The notes under the pieces are model-generated. The model made no database searches. It was not told the DNA's origin and saw nothing but the letters and a program-made list of their open reading frames with translations. A stretch of 63,625 bases of DNA, counting the filler, from Asterionella formosa (taxonomy: Eukaryota): the NCBI GenBank assembly GCA_002256025.1. It is 16 parts of 16 records of this genome, joined end to end, with 100 filler letters (N's around TTAATTAATTAA, not from the genome) between each part and the next. Parts side by side here need not be neighbours in the genome. Positions count along the whole stretch, not along the records: positions 1 to 16,338 come from NKIB01004963.1; positions 16,439 to 17,451 come from NKIB01004972.1; positions 17,552 to 33,867 come from NKIB01004973.1; 13 more parts are not named here. One strand, given 5' to 3'. A program made the position numbers and the translations under genes. Position 1 is the stretch's first letter. Each line of letters begins with the position of its first letter. Below, in pieces: positions 12,710-24,888 of the stretch.

Positions 12710-13920
12710 ATGCGTCTATCTTTCGTTTTCTTGTCACTCGTCGCGCCTGCATCTGCCTTTGTTCCATCACCGTTGTGTGCGACACGGCTATGGACAGGTG
12801 TTGCAAGTAGCATCCTTTCTGAAGCCCCAGATAGCTTGACGGAGGAAGGAGTAGATCCGATCAAGGAGCTCCTCAAGTCATCTGCCATCAACGAGCGCCT
12901 TGAAGCACAGATACAAAAGATGATGGAAAAGGACAAGACGAGCAAGGTTCTGACCAAAGATGTGAGTATTTCTTTTGTGGTTGACATGCAAGTATCTCAT
13001 GTGACAAATGAGAACCTTCAAGGCCTTGAATAAGATTGCATCCCATCTGAGTCCAGTCTAAGAAGTTCTCTCACTTGTTCTTTGTTATCTTCAATAATTT
13101 GCCTTATCAGGATTTAAAGATTGTATTTGAGGACGAGCATGTCGTTGTTGTCGACAAGCCTGCTGGTGTTCTTTGTGTTCCAGGAAAGGGTGGTGGAGGA
13201 TCCTTGAGTCAAGTTGTCTATGATACCATAGGTTGCGAAATGGATTCTATGGACAAGATGGTAGTTCATCGACTTGGCATGGATACATCAGGCTTAGTGG
13301 TATTTGCCAAAACCATAGCCGGCATGCGAGGTATGAATTCACTTTTTCGGTCACGCGAAGTCTCGAGGAAGTATGAAGCATTGGTGTGTGGACACATGGC
13401 GAAAGACTACGGCGTGATCAATATGCCATTGATGAGATGTCTCTTACATCCGCCTTTTATGCGAGTATCTACCAACATGGCTCAGTGTGCAATTGCATCT
13501 TTGGATTTGACTAAGAACGATATCGGAAAAAAATATTTGGAAATGCCGAAAGAAAGTCTGACTGAGTACAAAGTTATCGCCAGAGAGGAGCTAGGTGGGC
13601 AACCTGTGACTCGTGTCGAGTTATCAAGCATTTCAGGCCGAACTCATCAACTCAATGTACATCTTGCTGCCTTTGGGCACCCAATAGTTGGTGATACCAC
13701 CTACGGTGTTGATGGGGAGACCGAACCCAATGGTGGATTGAGCGACGAAGAACTTGCTCTCTTTCCACAGAATCCTAATCGAGTTAGCGAAGATATTGAA
13801 CGGGCTGTCATGAAGGCTGCCAAGGGTAGAGGAATGTTGGTCCATGCCAAGTCCATTGCTTTCCGACACCCGACTGATACAAGAATTGGAGTCTCACTGA
13901 GTTCGGATGCTCCATTCTAG
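12710..13920 (+). CDS. RluA/RluD-family RNA pseudouridine synthase, plastid-targeted; 2 exons (12710-12961, 13111-13920)
   Basis: Signal peptide with ASA-FVP motif; GT-AG intron 12962-13110; motifs VDKPAG, VHRLGMDTSGL, GRTHQL.H and GHPIVGD..YG. Confidence 0.9.
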
Positions 13921-14025
13921 GCATTTGTAAATGACGATCACCAGAAGGCTCCTGTGATGCTAGCAACTTAAATTAGAAACTTGATATCGTATTGGTCGAG
14001 GGATAAGACTGCTTATAAATATAGC

Positions 14026-15216
14026 CTAAAGCAACTTCTCGTTCTGAGATTGTTCCCACTGTTTGCTTCGTTGGTCCTTCTCCCAGTTCTTGGCCTCGCG
14101 TTCTTTGTCTAGACGTTTGACTTCTTTCACCATTTCTTCCAAATTTAAGACAGGAGGGAAAGCAGGTCTGTATAACAAGGCAGTATGTCCAACCACTTGG
14201 GCAACGTGAGCATCAAGTTCCCGAGCTATTCTCTCCCCCAATAGTTTGGCGCCCTTCTTCTTCGAAACTGCATTGGTGAGACGGAGCAAGATTATTTCTT
14301 CTTTCCATAGCAGACTATCAACACGTTCCATCCAAATGGGGTCTAGTAACAAAGCGCCAATGGCAATCGGTAAATCGGCTAAATCGTCAACTCTGTCACC
14401 TTTCTTTGGCCATTCCTCTTCAACGATTGTCTTATCAGTCTTCTTGCGACCCGCGTACGTTCTAAGTGCTACTCGTTTGGCCCCATTCATGGTAATTTCA
14501 TAGTCTGTGCTAACTCTCGGCATAATGCGTTTCGCGAAATTCTCAACAAGAGCCAAACACTTGTCCTCCATGGCTTCATCCGCGTGTTCCACTGACACTC
14601 CACTATCTTCTAATAATTTGACACCACCACCAGAAACCCGAGGATTTGGATCAGGAAAACCAACCAATACTCTGTCAACCTTAGCTAATGTCAACGCGGA
14701 AGCACAAGGAGGAGTCTTGCCATGATGGCAACAAGGTTCGAGAGTGACATATGCGGTCACATTCTTCGCCTCGAAAATGTTTGCAAAAAGCTTTTCTGAG
14801 CCCCCATCGGACTTGTATATCTCTGTAAGCCTTGCGACTTCACCCTTTCCGTCACTATCATTGAGAACGCTCAGAGCAGCTTGAAGTCCATCAGGGACAT
14901 GACCGGCCGCCTCCAGAAGGGCAAATACTTCGGCATGCGGATAGCCGGCTCGAGGGTGAAAGCCTTGACCAATGATCTCATTTGTTTCTTGGTTCACCAA
15001 GACGCAGCCAACAGCAGGGTTTGGAAAGGTCTTTCCGAGAGCATTTTGAGCATGCTGGATAGCGAGATCCATAAACTTTGAGTCGTCAGCTGCCGAAGAA
15101 AAGAGCGCCGAGAATGCTCCTCGACCTGTGCGACACCTAACAGTTTGAATAGCATGAGCTTGGCGCACAAAAGACAATAAGGCAATCATTGTTACAGAAT
15201 GAAAGCAATGGAGCAT
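14026..15216 (-). CDS. ribD: Riboflavin-pathway pyrimidine deaminase (RibD/PyrD deaminase domain) fused to a C-terminal CRM/YhbY-like RNA-binding domain
   Basis: Deaminase motifs PNPAVGC, HAE, VTLEPCCHHGKTPPC, DPNPRVSGGG; no reductase domain. The C-terminus (KRVALRTYA...LWKEEIILLRL...IARELDAHVAQVVGHTALLYRP) matches the YhbY/CRM pattern. Start is ATG 15216 or 15189, with an organellar-type presequence. Confidence 0.85.
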   Translation of the reverse strand: MLHCFHSVTMIALLSFVRQAHAIQTVRCRTGRGAFSALFSSAADDSKFMDLAIQHAQNALGKTFPNPAVGCVLVNQETNEIIGQGFHPRAGYPHAEVFALLEAAGHVPDGLQAALSVLNDSDGKGEVARLTEIYKSDGGSEKLFANIFEAKNVTAYVTLEPCCHHGKTPPCASALTLAKVDRVLVGFPDPNPRVSGGGVKLLEDSGVSVEHADEAMEDKCLALVENFAKRIMPRVSTDYEITMNGAKRVALRTYAGRKKTDKTIVEEEWPKKGDRVDDLADLPIAIGALLLDPIWMERVDSLLWKEEIILLRLTNAVSKKKGAKLLGERIARELDAHVAQVVGHTALLYRPAFPPVLNLEEMVKEVKRLDKEREAKNWEKDQRSKQWEQSQNEKLL

Positions 15217-15460
15217 GATCACAAGAATTGTCAATGAAATAAATTGATGAACTTCGCCCTCACTAAATATATACCGGTATGAATATTAATGCATACCCGT
15301 GTTTTATTTTCACTCGTTTTATTATATGTACTGTTTTGTAAAGAATATTAGCCCGAGTCACAAGGATTGTGGACTCGATTGTAATCGAACGAGTCGTATA
15401 TTGCATTGCCACGTCAATCAGCTGTCTAACAAGATCAAAGATTGAAGATTTCTATGGAAA

Positions 15461-15952
15461 TGTTAAGTGGAAACTCGAAGAGAGTCTTAGAACGGCTTTG
15501 CGGGAAGCAAAGATGCATGGAAAGGAAACATTTAGTTTAGCTTACTATAATTTAATTTGAGTTTTAGATTATCAACCGAGGAAACAGTGTGTTAATTGAC
15601 AGGAAGGTCAATTAGTCTATCTAGCAGGAAGGCTAGAAGCAGAGACAAGAGAGAAAGTAAGTGGTACTAGGTAGTACTACGAGCACGTAAGAGTCTACGT
15701 GAAGAGAGACCCAGCCCGCGGGAAGGAGTACGGACCATTTCAACACGCTTTAAAGCGGATAGGTTTGAAAGGGTACTCAAGATGGGAATTGACGACGAAT
15801 CGTCAGGAGTGCGGTTGCCAACATTTGATGGTACCGATGCCAAGTGGCATGTTTGGAAAGCGAAATTTGTGGCCTATGCCTGCTACAAAGGTTTTGAAGG
15901 AATCCTAAATGGAGATGAAGTATCACCAGGTGAGAGAGATTCAGCTGCTGCA
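15461..15952 (+). mobile_element. 5' fragment of a Ty1/copia LTR retrotransposon (putative LTR about 15461-15745 plus start of gag)
   Basis: TGTT...AACA imperfect inverted ends. ORF from 15782 (LPTFDGTDAKWHVWKAKFVAYACYKGFEGIL) resembles a copia gag N-terminus and breaks off at about 15953. Confidence 0.6.
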
Positions 15953-16338
15953 TCTACAACGCCGATTACTGGTACAGCCGCCACAAAAAAAACGCTAGTC
16001 AAATATGATCACCCAAATTAATTATTTGGGTGGCCCAATATGACGAATTTAGCTACGTACATAATTTAAGGGTATGACATCTCAAAAAAATATGATGCAT
16101 CATACAATATATATGGACGGAGTGAACTTAAATAGTTTCGACAACTTCCATAATTATTTTAGAAACCCACATAATTTTTGGGGCCAACTGACAATATTTT
16201 CTGGCGACACGAAGAAAAATTTGTTCAGTAATAATCTCTATAATACGGTACTTTTCTCGACAATTCGCAACATTTCCGTTCACAAATATTCTTCACTCTG
16301 ACTACCATTAATTCTGTTAGTTTGCTCCCATTTTATCT
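15953..16338 (+). mobile_element. Repeat element end, Helitron-like 5' terminus, inserted into gag
   Basis: 15953-16031 is near-identical to the reverse complement of 26420-26497. Both copies begin TC immediately after an A and contain the ACCCA(A/C)AT-TAATT-ATTTGGGT hairpin. Confidence 0.45.
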
Positions 16339-16438
16339 NNNNNNNNNNNNNNNNNNNNNNNNNNNNNNNNNNNNNNNNNNNNTTAATTAATTAANNNNNN
16401 NNNNNNNNNNNNNNNNNNNNNNNNNNNNNNNNNNNNNN
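16339..16438. other. Artificial contig spacer (first of 15; others start at 17452, 33868, 34981, 36094, 37207, 38320, 54731, 55843, 56955, 58067, 59179, 60291, 61403, 62515)
   Basis: Identical 100-nt N44-TTAATTAATTAA-N44 blocks with stops in all six frames. Confidence 0.98.
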
Positions 16439-16515
16439 ATACGTGCTTGCGGGCTCGCCGAGTTCACGACACGAGAGACGGGGAAGCGAATCATAGCCGT
16501 GCGGAGAGGCATCAT
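16439..16515 (-). CDS. 5' end of a gene with a mitochondrial-type presequence (truncated by contig end)
   Basis: MMPLRTAMIRFPVSRVVNSASPQAR: Arg/Ser-rich, no acidic residues, runs into the spacer. Confidence 0.35.
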
Positions 16516-18479
16516 GATTGTGATTTGAGAATTTGATTTGGATGGCAAAACAAGAGCGTGAGTTAGATTTTATGGGAGCTTTCTTGTTGTTGAATGTATG
16601 TAGGCGTGATGGCAGTTTCTCCATGATTCTGATGGCTCCTCAATGGGTCATTCTTGTGTACGAACCTAACTCACATCACTTTCGAGTATGTTGCCCTGCC
16701 CTCAACCGTGTAGGTTACTTTCAAGACTGGCCTTTCTCACGACTACCGGGTACTTGCTTAAACAACGCACTGGAGCAACAAAACCGTCGAAGTCATACAT
16801 GATTGCTTATTAGAAGCTGTCAAAGGAGTTGCTCCCCCGTGACTCAGCATGCCAGCGCATTTCCTGTCAACTCCGACCTCCGTTGAACGTCAGATTTCCA
16901 TTCGTAGTATGTACTGTAGCAAAGACAGAAACAAGCAGTAGTGTAACAACGGGCGATAGGTCCACCTAATATGTATAACAAATGTGAATACATAAACACT
17001 TGTGGATATGCATTATACTGTTGGCTCTGTGACTCCTACATACATACGGATATACCGGTAATTATTTTGCTTTTAGCGAAGAATAAGGCAGTGAATTATT
17101 TACCGGTACGAGGTAGTCGTACTAAACACTTTTTGAAAATGTGTAGTATACGTACATAGGTTATCCCTCAAGTATATACCCGGTAGGCAACATAGAGTGA
17201 AGGCTACGAAGAGGATTTACCGATACCGGGTATGTAGTAGCCTTTCAAATTGGGTTTTTGCAATATCGTGACGATGATAAATAAGTGTCACTTCACGGTG
17301 TCATGTTAACATACTATCAACTGCAATGTCGCGGCCGTGCGATGGTTGGTGATTGGGATTCAGCACATCACGAGAACGGGCGTCAAGTGATGAAGAAATG
17401 AATTAGACCTCGACTAGGCTGGTAACGCGAAAGATTTTTCTCGTTTCAAAANNNNNNNNNNNNNNNNNNNNNNNNNNNNNNNNNNNNNNNNNNNNTTAAT
17501 TAATTAANNNNNNNNNNNNNNNNNNNNNNNNNNNNNNNNNNNNNNNNNNNNGGAAAACGAGGTAATATTTTCTAACCGTTTACCATTAAAAAGTATATAT
17601 ACATGATGAAAAATATATGAATGGCTTAAGACCACTAAAATGCAAAATGAACGACTTAAAAAGTTGGATATCGCAAGAAATATCCTTCCAATTGTTAAAA
17701 TGATTCATTTATCTAGTACTTGCATGCATTAGTTGACCTCTGCTCAAAGGGTTTTAAATGGGGTCGGCTGAACATTTTTCTAATTTTAGTCCAGAAACGG
17801 GGTAATATAGTGGTCTTAAGCAGTTTTTGACTGGTAGTCTACAGTAAAGGCGGAGCCCTCTGGACCACCTGCAAATTGCGGTAAATTTGCCCTCATGCGG
17901 ATTTGGACATTGAGGATATTCACACCTGCCAACCCAATGCTTAAATAATTATGCCGGCCAGCTTGGACATTGGATATCTTTCATTCGTGGCATGATTGTT
18001 TTGAGTACCAGTGCTGGTACCCCTCTGGAACTAGATTACCGGTATTGGTAGGTTGTCTGGAGCTATTTAAGGGTGGAATTGATTCTCCCAATTTCAAACC
18101 CCCAATCCAAAACTCCCCAAATGCAAAAGCACCTCAACCGAAATCATACTGGGGAATTTTACGACCGCAACTTCGACAGGTAGTATGCACCCCATACCTT
18201 GTATTATACCAGGTACCAGGGTACCAGGTACCAGTACCAGATCATCCGCCATGATCGTGGAAAACCATCATCGCGACTGCGTCATCGTCCGCCATCGTTT
18301 GCGCTGTCATAGACATCCAGTAGATTAGTTGACGACATACGTACCTAAATTTATAACCTTGTGTATCGAGTGATGCTGATGGACTCAAAACCAACACGAA
18401 GTATTTGTCAATAGCTGTTGACTTCACGGTCCAGCAGAAGCATAACTTATTCTAGTGACTCAATACGTTCTTTCCGGCC

Positions 18480-19560
18480 ATGGCAAAATCATTTAGCACA
18501 ATCGCCATTCTCGCTCTAGTACTCTTCGCCAGTGAGAGAGCTTCGGCGTTGTATACTCAGAAACAAAAGTTGGTCGCTCCGACTTTTGGGATCAAGGCGC
18601 CTTCTCGTGCTACTTTCGGGCCCCTTTATGCCGTCGACGACGACTGGGAAGGCGTCGATTTGGTCAAGCTTCTCGGAACCAGTAAGGTTAAGAAGCTGCA
18701 AAAGAAGCGCCAACGAGCCCGAAACAATGCCATCAACGACGCAGCTGCAGAGCTTGCACTGGAGGAACGCCGAGCAGCCCACGCAGGTTCAGTTGTCGCA
18801 GAATCCCCTCATGTTGGAAAGGCATTACGGTTGATTATTGCCGGAGCTCCTGCGAGTGGAAAGGGGACCCAATGTGCTTTCATAAAGGAAAAGTATGGTG
18901 TTGTCCACCTCTCGACAGGTGATATGCTCCGTGCCGCTGTCGTTGCTGGTACAGACGTTGGAAAACAAGCAAAGGACTTTATGGACAGTGGCAAACTTGT
19001 CCCAGACGAAGTCATAATTCGAGTTGTGAGTAACATTTTATTATATCGTACATAGTGGTGCAAACATGGAGTTTTACTTGGACCCTATTGAGCTTTCGTA
19101 CACTCACTTTGCGCCAACCACGTTGACTCTCAAGGTCACGAGCAGACTTGAGGAACCCGATTGCAAAACGAATGGTTGGTTGCTGGATGGCTTTCCCCGA
19201 ACAAAAGCACAGGCGCAAGCCCTCGCGGATGCTGGTGTCTCAGCTGAATGTTTCATATCCTTAAATGTCCCCGACGACGTGCTAATTGAACGTGTGGTTG
19301 GCCGACGAACAGACCCCGTAACGGGAAAGATCTATCACATGACCTTTTCGCCTCCTCCAGTGGATGTCATGGATCGTCTGGAACAGCGTAGTGATGATAC
19401 GGAGGAAAAGTGCCGTGTGCGTTTGGAACAATTCCATGCGAATGTAGAAGCTGTCAAGGGAAGTTACAAAGATGTTTGTGTGGAGATTGACGGCACATTG
19501 CCTCCTGACGAGGTGCAGAAAGTTATTGCCTCCTTTATCTCGTCCAAGGTTCAGACATAA
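18480..19560 (+). CDS. adk: Adenylate kinase, probably plastid-targeted; 2 exons (18480-19025, 19135-19560)
   Basis: P-loop [47 protein letters not shown]; in-frame GT-AG intron 19026-19134; signal peptide ending ASA-L. Confidence 0.95.
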
Positions 19561-19831
19561 CGCAACACTTTGTTGCTCAACCACCTGGCCACTATGAACC
19601 AGTGTGTGTTTTGATACATAGAGTTCCACCCAATAACAAATCCATACAATCATGTAATGTTATAACGGGTCCATTTCCTAGAGGTTGTAACTAGAATACT
19701 AATTTAGCAGCGACCTTGAGGACCTGGCTGATTCAATGCGGGCATCGTGACCACAGTGAATGTTGTCAGTTCAATGAACAAGTGAAAATATGTGTGATGA
19801 TGAATTGAAATACCTAACGACGCCAATCGAT

Positions 19832-20432
19832 CTATGCCATACCACTAGAGAGATCAACAACCTCCTGGAACGCAATTTCCTGTCACAAGAAAAGCAAGGG
19901 TGAGTTGTTGCTATATGTAGTGTCACAAGAGTACGGTAACACAGTCCAGTCCCTTCCATGTCACGTCATAACATGATTCACGTACTGTCGCTTCACCAGC
20001 AAAATCATTGTCTTCTGTAAGAAAGAGCATACAGTGACATTCATGTCTCTCTCGCATGGGCACGCATGGGCAGTTCCAGAACCCATCCTTGGCCTCAGCT
20101 TCCTTGTCGTCGTAGAAACGGCAAGGACATAGGGGAGCTCCCAACGTGACCTTGTGTTCCGCCAGGCCTTTGATGACAACAGCAGGAACTGACAAGTCCG
20201 AACAAAGTGTGGTGCCTGTATTCTTTAGGTATGTATTGGTAAATGCAGTCATGGCCTTGGTAGCCTTTTCGACGGCAACAGCTCGTTCTTCCGCAGTCAT
20301 GCCGGCATCCCTGACGCGCAGGGCAGTGACGAGCTTGTTACTTGTTCGTGCCGTCATGGGGACGAAGGCTTGCGACTTGAATAGCACCGCGAGTAATGCA
20401 ACGGAAACGAGCAATATATGTCTGGAAAGCAT
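19832..20432 (-). CDS. ftrB: Ferredoxin-thioredoxin reductase catalytic subunit, nucleus-encoded and plastid-targeted; 2 exons (20432-19986, 19879-19832)
   Basis: LCPCR, WNCPCVPM and ECHCMLF cluster/active-site motifs; SQA-FVP presequence; intron 19985-19880 restores the C-terminus EIAFQEVVDLSSGMA*. Confidence 0.93.
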
Positions 20433-21668
20433 GTTGTGACTGCAACGATTTGGTTAGAGTATCCCATTGATGGATCGGTTGACAGCCACCGGAACGGAAC
20501 TCGTTTTCTGTATCTTTCTTTGACATGCAAACAGAATCTCTCAACTCACAATTAATAGATAGTCAGGGACTAGCCGACAACGGTGTTCGAGCAAGTGATG
20601 GAGTGTAGCAATCAACGATACTTGAAACACCAAACGATATGATGGGCAGGTCTAAATTATTTTTAGAGCAGGAGATGACACTGATCACTGATGAATTTAA
20701 GTTTTACGGTACATGTCATCTATAGAACAAAGAGGCAGGTGGGAAATGATCGACGATGAATGAGACCACGACGCTTCTTCGCGATGATTGATCCAAGACA
20801 CGATCTTTTTCCTTATTCCAATACCCCTTTCCTTTTAGTATTGCACGTTGCTTTGTCTAGTTGGATCGAACGAGTGATGGTGGTACCAGGCAGGTATTAA
20901 CTGCCGGTACCGGTATATACCGGCATGCCAGTTTGGTACCATATCAGGTAACCACAACGAAGTCACGAGGAACGTATGCGGTGACGTAAGAAGTGACGCT
21001 CCCATGATCATCATTTCGTCTTCACCTTTTCTTTGCGTGGTGTAGTTGTATGTAAAGTGCGTATGTCAAATGCCCGAATCATTGAGACGTATGTTATGTA
21101 ACGGTCGTTGTCCTAACAGCTCTCGTGGTGACGAACTGTGAACAAAGCTACGACCGGAGCGTGGTACATAAAAATTACTACCTGGTATCGGAAGTACAGA
21201 CGCTAATGTGAATACAAAAGAAGTACCCGGTACCGTATTGTTGTGTTGCTGCTATGGAGAGTACCAGGGGTACCAGGTACCTGATATCATGCTTCAAGCA
21301 TGGCTGATGGTTTCCCTTTGGGAACATACCTCTGGGTGCATGCTGCTAGGAAAATGATGCAGTGACACCCCAGAATGGAAGTTCATGGATGATATCAGGA
21401 GTAACTGTAATTAACTGAAATATGTAGCTACAGATGACCACAAGTGCAATGATCTTGCTTCATTAGATTGGCAATCTTTGTCACTGTTCAATCCACACCC
21501 TTTACATTTGTACCTGATCAAGTTTGTCAATATGAAAGGGGCAAAACGTGATTATATAGGATCCACTATTAAACCACAAAGGCTTCTACAATATGAGTAT
21601 GCAGTGAACCTTCATAGAAAACAGCCTGACAAACAATGCAAGGAAACGAGACAAAAAAAATTGAGGGC

Positions 21669-22883
21669 CTACATAATGGTGTCCCAATCCAACTTAATTG
21701 TCTCATCGAATTGAACATCTTTCAAAACGAGACCACCAGGAGGCGCACATTGAAAGTTTCCGTGCGTATCCCAAGTGCCACACTCCAACGCAGATACGAG
21801 GCTTTTGTTGCTGATTTTGTGGGTCCCGACTGCGGCCAATACTCCAGCAATAAACCTTACCATTTTGTATAAGAATCGATCACCTTTCACGACCACAGTG
21901 TATCGTATCAGAGGTGAATCTAATTCAGGAAATCTGGATTCTTGTGATTCCGAGCGCAGTTCGACTTTATCAAGAGTGCAAATTGTACTTTCCCTCTCTT
22001 GCCGCCTTTTGTCATCCTTTCCTCGAGGTGCTCCTCGAAAGGCAACGAAATTGTGCGTCCCCTCCAGTGCCTTGCAGGCTAGCAGCACTGCATCTATATC
22101 GAAAGTGTCGGTATTTTCCAAGTGCCATGTTCGTCGCCACACGAGTGGGTCTTGAATAGGCCCAACTGAAAAGGAATACTCATAGGTTTTTCCAGTACAG
22201 TCCAGGGTCGGATGAAACGGCAAACCTTCCTTCTTTGTTGGCGTTGTCATGACACCGCGAATTTTGACATCGTCCGTGCACATTTTGTTCAAAATGTCCA
22301 TGAGTGTGGCGCTGTCTTTCGGAATTGGGACAAAGCATGACGAATCATGAGACGATCGCGGATGAGGGATTCGTTTACCGGGTATAGACAGGTCATCAGA
22401 GTTGTATTCTTCCGACAGGCAGTAAATCTGGCATATCATGCTCTGGGCATGTACACCCTTGTCGGTTCGAGAGCAACTTTCTATAATTATGCGCTCCGGA
22501 TCAATGTCGCCAAAAATCCTTGCGAGATTAAATCGAAGTACTCCCTCCACCGAGCGAACCATGCCACGGGGTTCTTTGGACCGTCGTCGGGCTCGGACTG
22601 ATAACTCCGGCTGCCGAGTAGAGTTCATATTTGCGACTTCTTGATCCTCGTTTTGCGCACTCCATCCTGTGAATCTTCCACCATCATAGCTGACATTGAG
22701 AAGCATCGTAGTCGGGAGCAAGGGCGGTGTCGCTTGGTTGACACATGATTCCGATAGCTTTGGGGACAGTGAACAGAGTGCTCCTACTGAGCAAGGCCGG
22801 TGAACGTGCCATGTATGCCATCCATCGCACTGTTGGAAGTAGAAGAGCGCCAAAGTAACGGAAAGCAGTCCACCAACGACCAT
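21669..22883 (-). CDS. truA: tRNA pseudouridine synthase A family (TruA/Pus1-like), organelle-targeted
   Basis: VSYDGGRFTGW, SRTDKGVHA, GTHNFVAF, GDRFLYKMVR, APPGGLVL; N-terminal signal peptide. Confidence 0.9.
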   Translation of the reverse strand: MVVGGLLSVTLALFYFQQCDGWHTWHVHRPCSVGALCSLSPKLSESCVNQATPPLLPTTMLLNVSYDGGRFTGWSAQNEDQEVANMNSTRQPELSVRARRRSKEPRGMVRSVEGVLRFNLARIFGDIDPERIIIESCSRTDKGVHAQSMICQIYCLSEEYNSDDLSIPGKRIPHPRSSHDSSCFVPIPKDSATLMDILNKMCTDDVKIRGVMTTPTKKEGLPFHPTLDCTGKTYEYSFSVGPIQDPLVWRRTWHLENTDTFDIDAVLLACKALEGTHNFVAFRGAPRGKDDKRRQERESTICTLDKVELRSESQESRFPELDSPLIRYTVVVKGDRFLYKMVRFIAGVLAAVGTHKISNKSLVSALECGTWDTHGNFQCAPPGGLVLKDVQFDETIKLDWDTIM

Positions 22884-23346
22884 GTTTGCTTCGTATTAGG
22901 GGTATTACCAGTCGTAGTGACTCGCGTACAAACATGCAAGTAGCCAACCATGGTGGTACCTGGTAACTGTACCTAGTAGGAGTAGATACCAGGTACCTGG
23001 TGCCACTGGTACATTCCGGTAGACCAGGTACCAGATACCAGTGCAAGCTACCTGGTACATATATTTTCGTACATTGCTATGTATCCATTGTAGACTACCT
23101 GTACATAATAGACTCTATGGACAATGTAGTATGGTAAGTACCAGGTACCAGGTACCCGTTCAGGTAAGAAATACCGCGGGTATCATGAATCATGCAGCAT
23201 CTTCGATCTTCGTGCGGATCAGCATATGGCCATGGGTTCTGGAACTGCGTCGATCAGCCTCGCTTTCCATTTTCCTCCTCTTCTCAGTGGTGAATTATAG
23301 AGCTGCTACATACCTATTGACTCGAAAGCGATCAGCTTAGCTCAGA

Positions 23347-24604
23347 ATGGTAAGACACAGCGCGTAAAAAATGAGCTACTTCTCTGCTGTGCTGACCTAA
23401 CACAACAATACCCTTTTTACTGGTAGAACTTTCTTGGTTTGGGCGGAAGCGGTCTCAAGATCGAAATCGTCTTGAACACCACTGAAAATAGACAAGTTGT
23501 CCCGATGACACACCATCCGTCTTGGAGAATGCGAAAGAATCCCTTTTGGAAAGTAGGAAGTACACAAGTTGCTCCTGATGCTGACTTGGGTGGCGGCTTG
23601 TTGCTGGCCTATGACTCCACGGAAAATATTGCTGGGACTGTTGTTTTAAGCTTGTCTCCAGGGAAAAAAACTGACCATCTTGGGATTAAGATTCAATTCA
23701 TTGGACGTATCGACATGGTGAGTGAGAAACAAGTCACGCCCCATGACCAATTTTGAATTCTATTCTCTGTACTCATCATGTGCACATCGCTGCAGGGTCA
23801 CGGAGTGCACGAAGGACGTCCGCACTACGATTTCATTTCGCTCTCCAAGGAGCTTAGTCCACCTGGGTCAATATTTCAAGCCAAAACAGAGCTGCCGTTC
23901 TTGTTTAAGAATATGGATAAGGAACACGAAAGCTACCGAGGTAGAAACGTTGCCGTCAGGTAAGAAGTTGGTGTGAGTTCGCTCGCCAACAACGAAGATA
24001 AATCTACTTACACAACAGCACCTACTATAGATACTTCGTCAAGGTTGTGATTGAAAGGAAGTTCCTCCCGCCTATTCAGAAGGAACAGGACGTGTGGGTC
24101 CAAATCATGGGAAGTGCCCCGATTGATAACCAAGCCATCAAAATGGAAGTTGGCATTGAAGACTGCCTGCACATTGAGTTTGAATACGAAAGGCGAGTCT
24201 ATCATTTGAGTGATGTTATTTTGGGAAAGATTCACTTTCTATTAGTACGTATCAAAATCAAACACATGGAGTTAGCCGTCATTCGTCGCGAGACAAGTGG
24301 CGAAGGTGTAGCGGCGGCAGCTGCTGCACAACAGCAAGCTGGAGGGCAATCGTCGCAAACCATTTTCACAGAAACGCAAACGCTGATCAAGTACGAAATT
24401 ATGGACGGTGCGCCAGTCAAGGGTGAAGTCATTCCCGTGCGATTGTTCTTGGCCGGCATTCCAGCTGATTTGACTCCAACTTTCACTGCAGTAAACAATC
24501 GGTTTAGTGTGAGGTACTTTTTGAACTTGGTGCTGGTGGATGAAGAAGATCGAAGATATTTCAAGCAGCAAGAGATTTTTTTGTGGAGAAAAGAGCTCGG
24601 GTGA
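23347..24604 (+). CDS. VPS26: Retromer subunit VPS26; 4 coding exons (23347-23349, 23427-23717, 23796-23959, 24031-24604)
   Basis: Three in-frame GT-AG introns; [70 protein letters not shown]. Confidence 0.95.
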
Positions 24605-24888
24605 AGATGATGCTTGTATGTAGGAATGAAAATGATGTCTAGCTATTGTCCCGTGATACCTCCAGACCAATCTCAACAGCGGTAGTAGTTCCGAATGTTT
24701 TTACTCCTTTCACATGAGTTTCTTTTCCGGTATAGTCGCAAAATGTTTTGCATGTCCGTTAATGATCATCTATGGAGGGCGAAAAAAGCAGTTGATGTTC
24801 GCAAAGAAAGAGGTAATGGGGGACAATCGTGAGGGTGAAATGATTCTATTCTAAACGGTTACAGTACAATTGGTAGTTCACTCTAAAT

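Noticed and set aside
12710..22883. Apparent cluster of plastid and RNA-modification genes (RluA, RibD, ADK, FTR, TruA)
   Set aside because: They lie on two unlinked contigs and have no shared pathway or operon-like arrangement.
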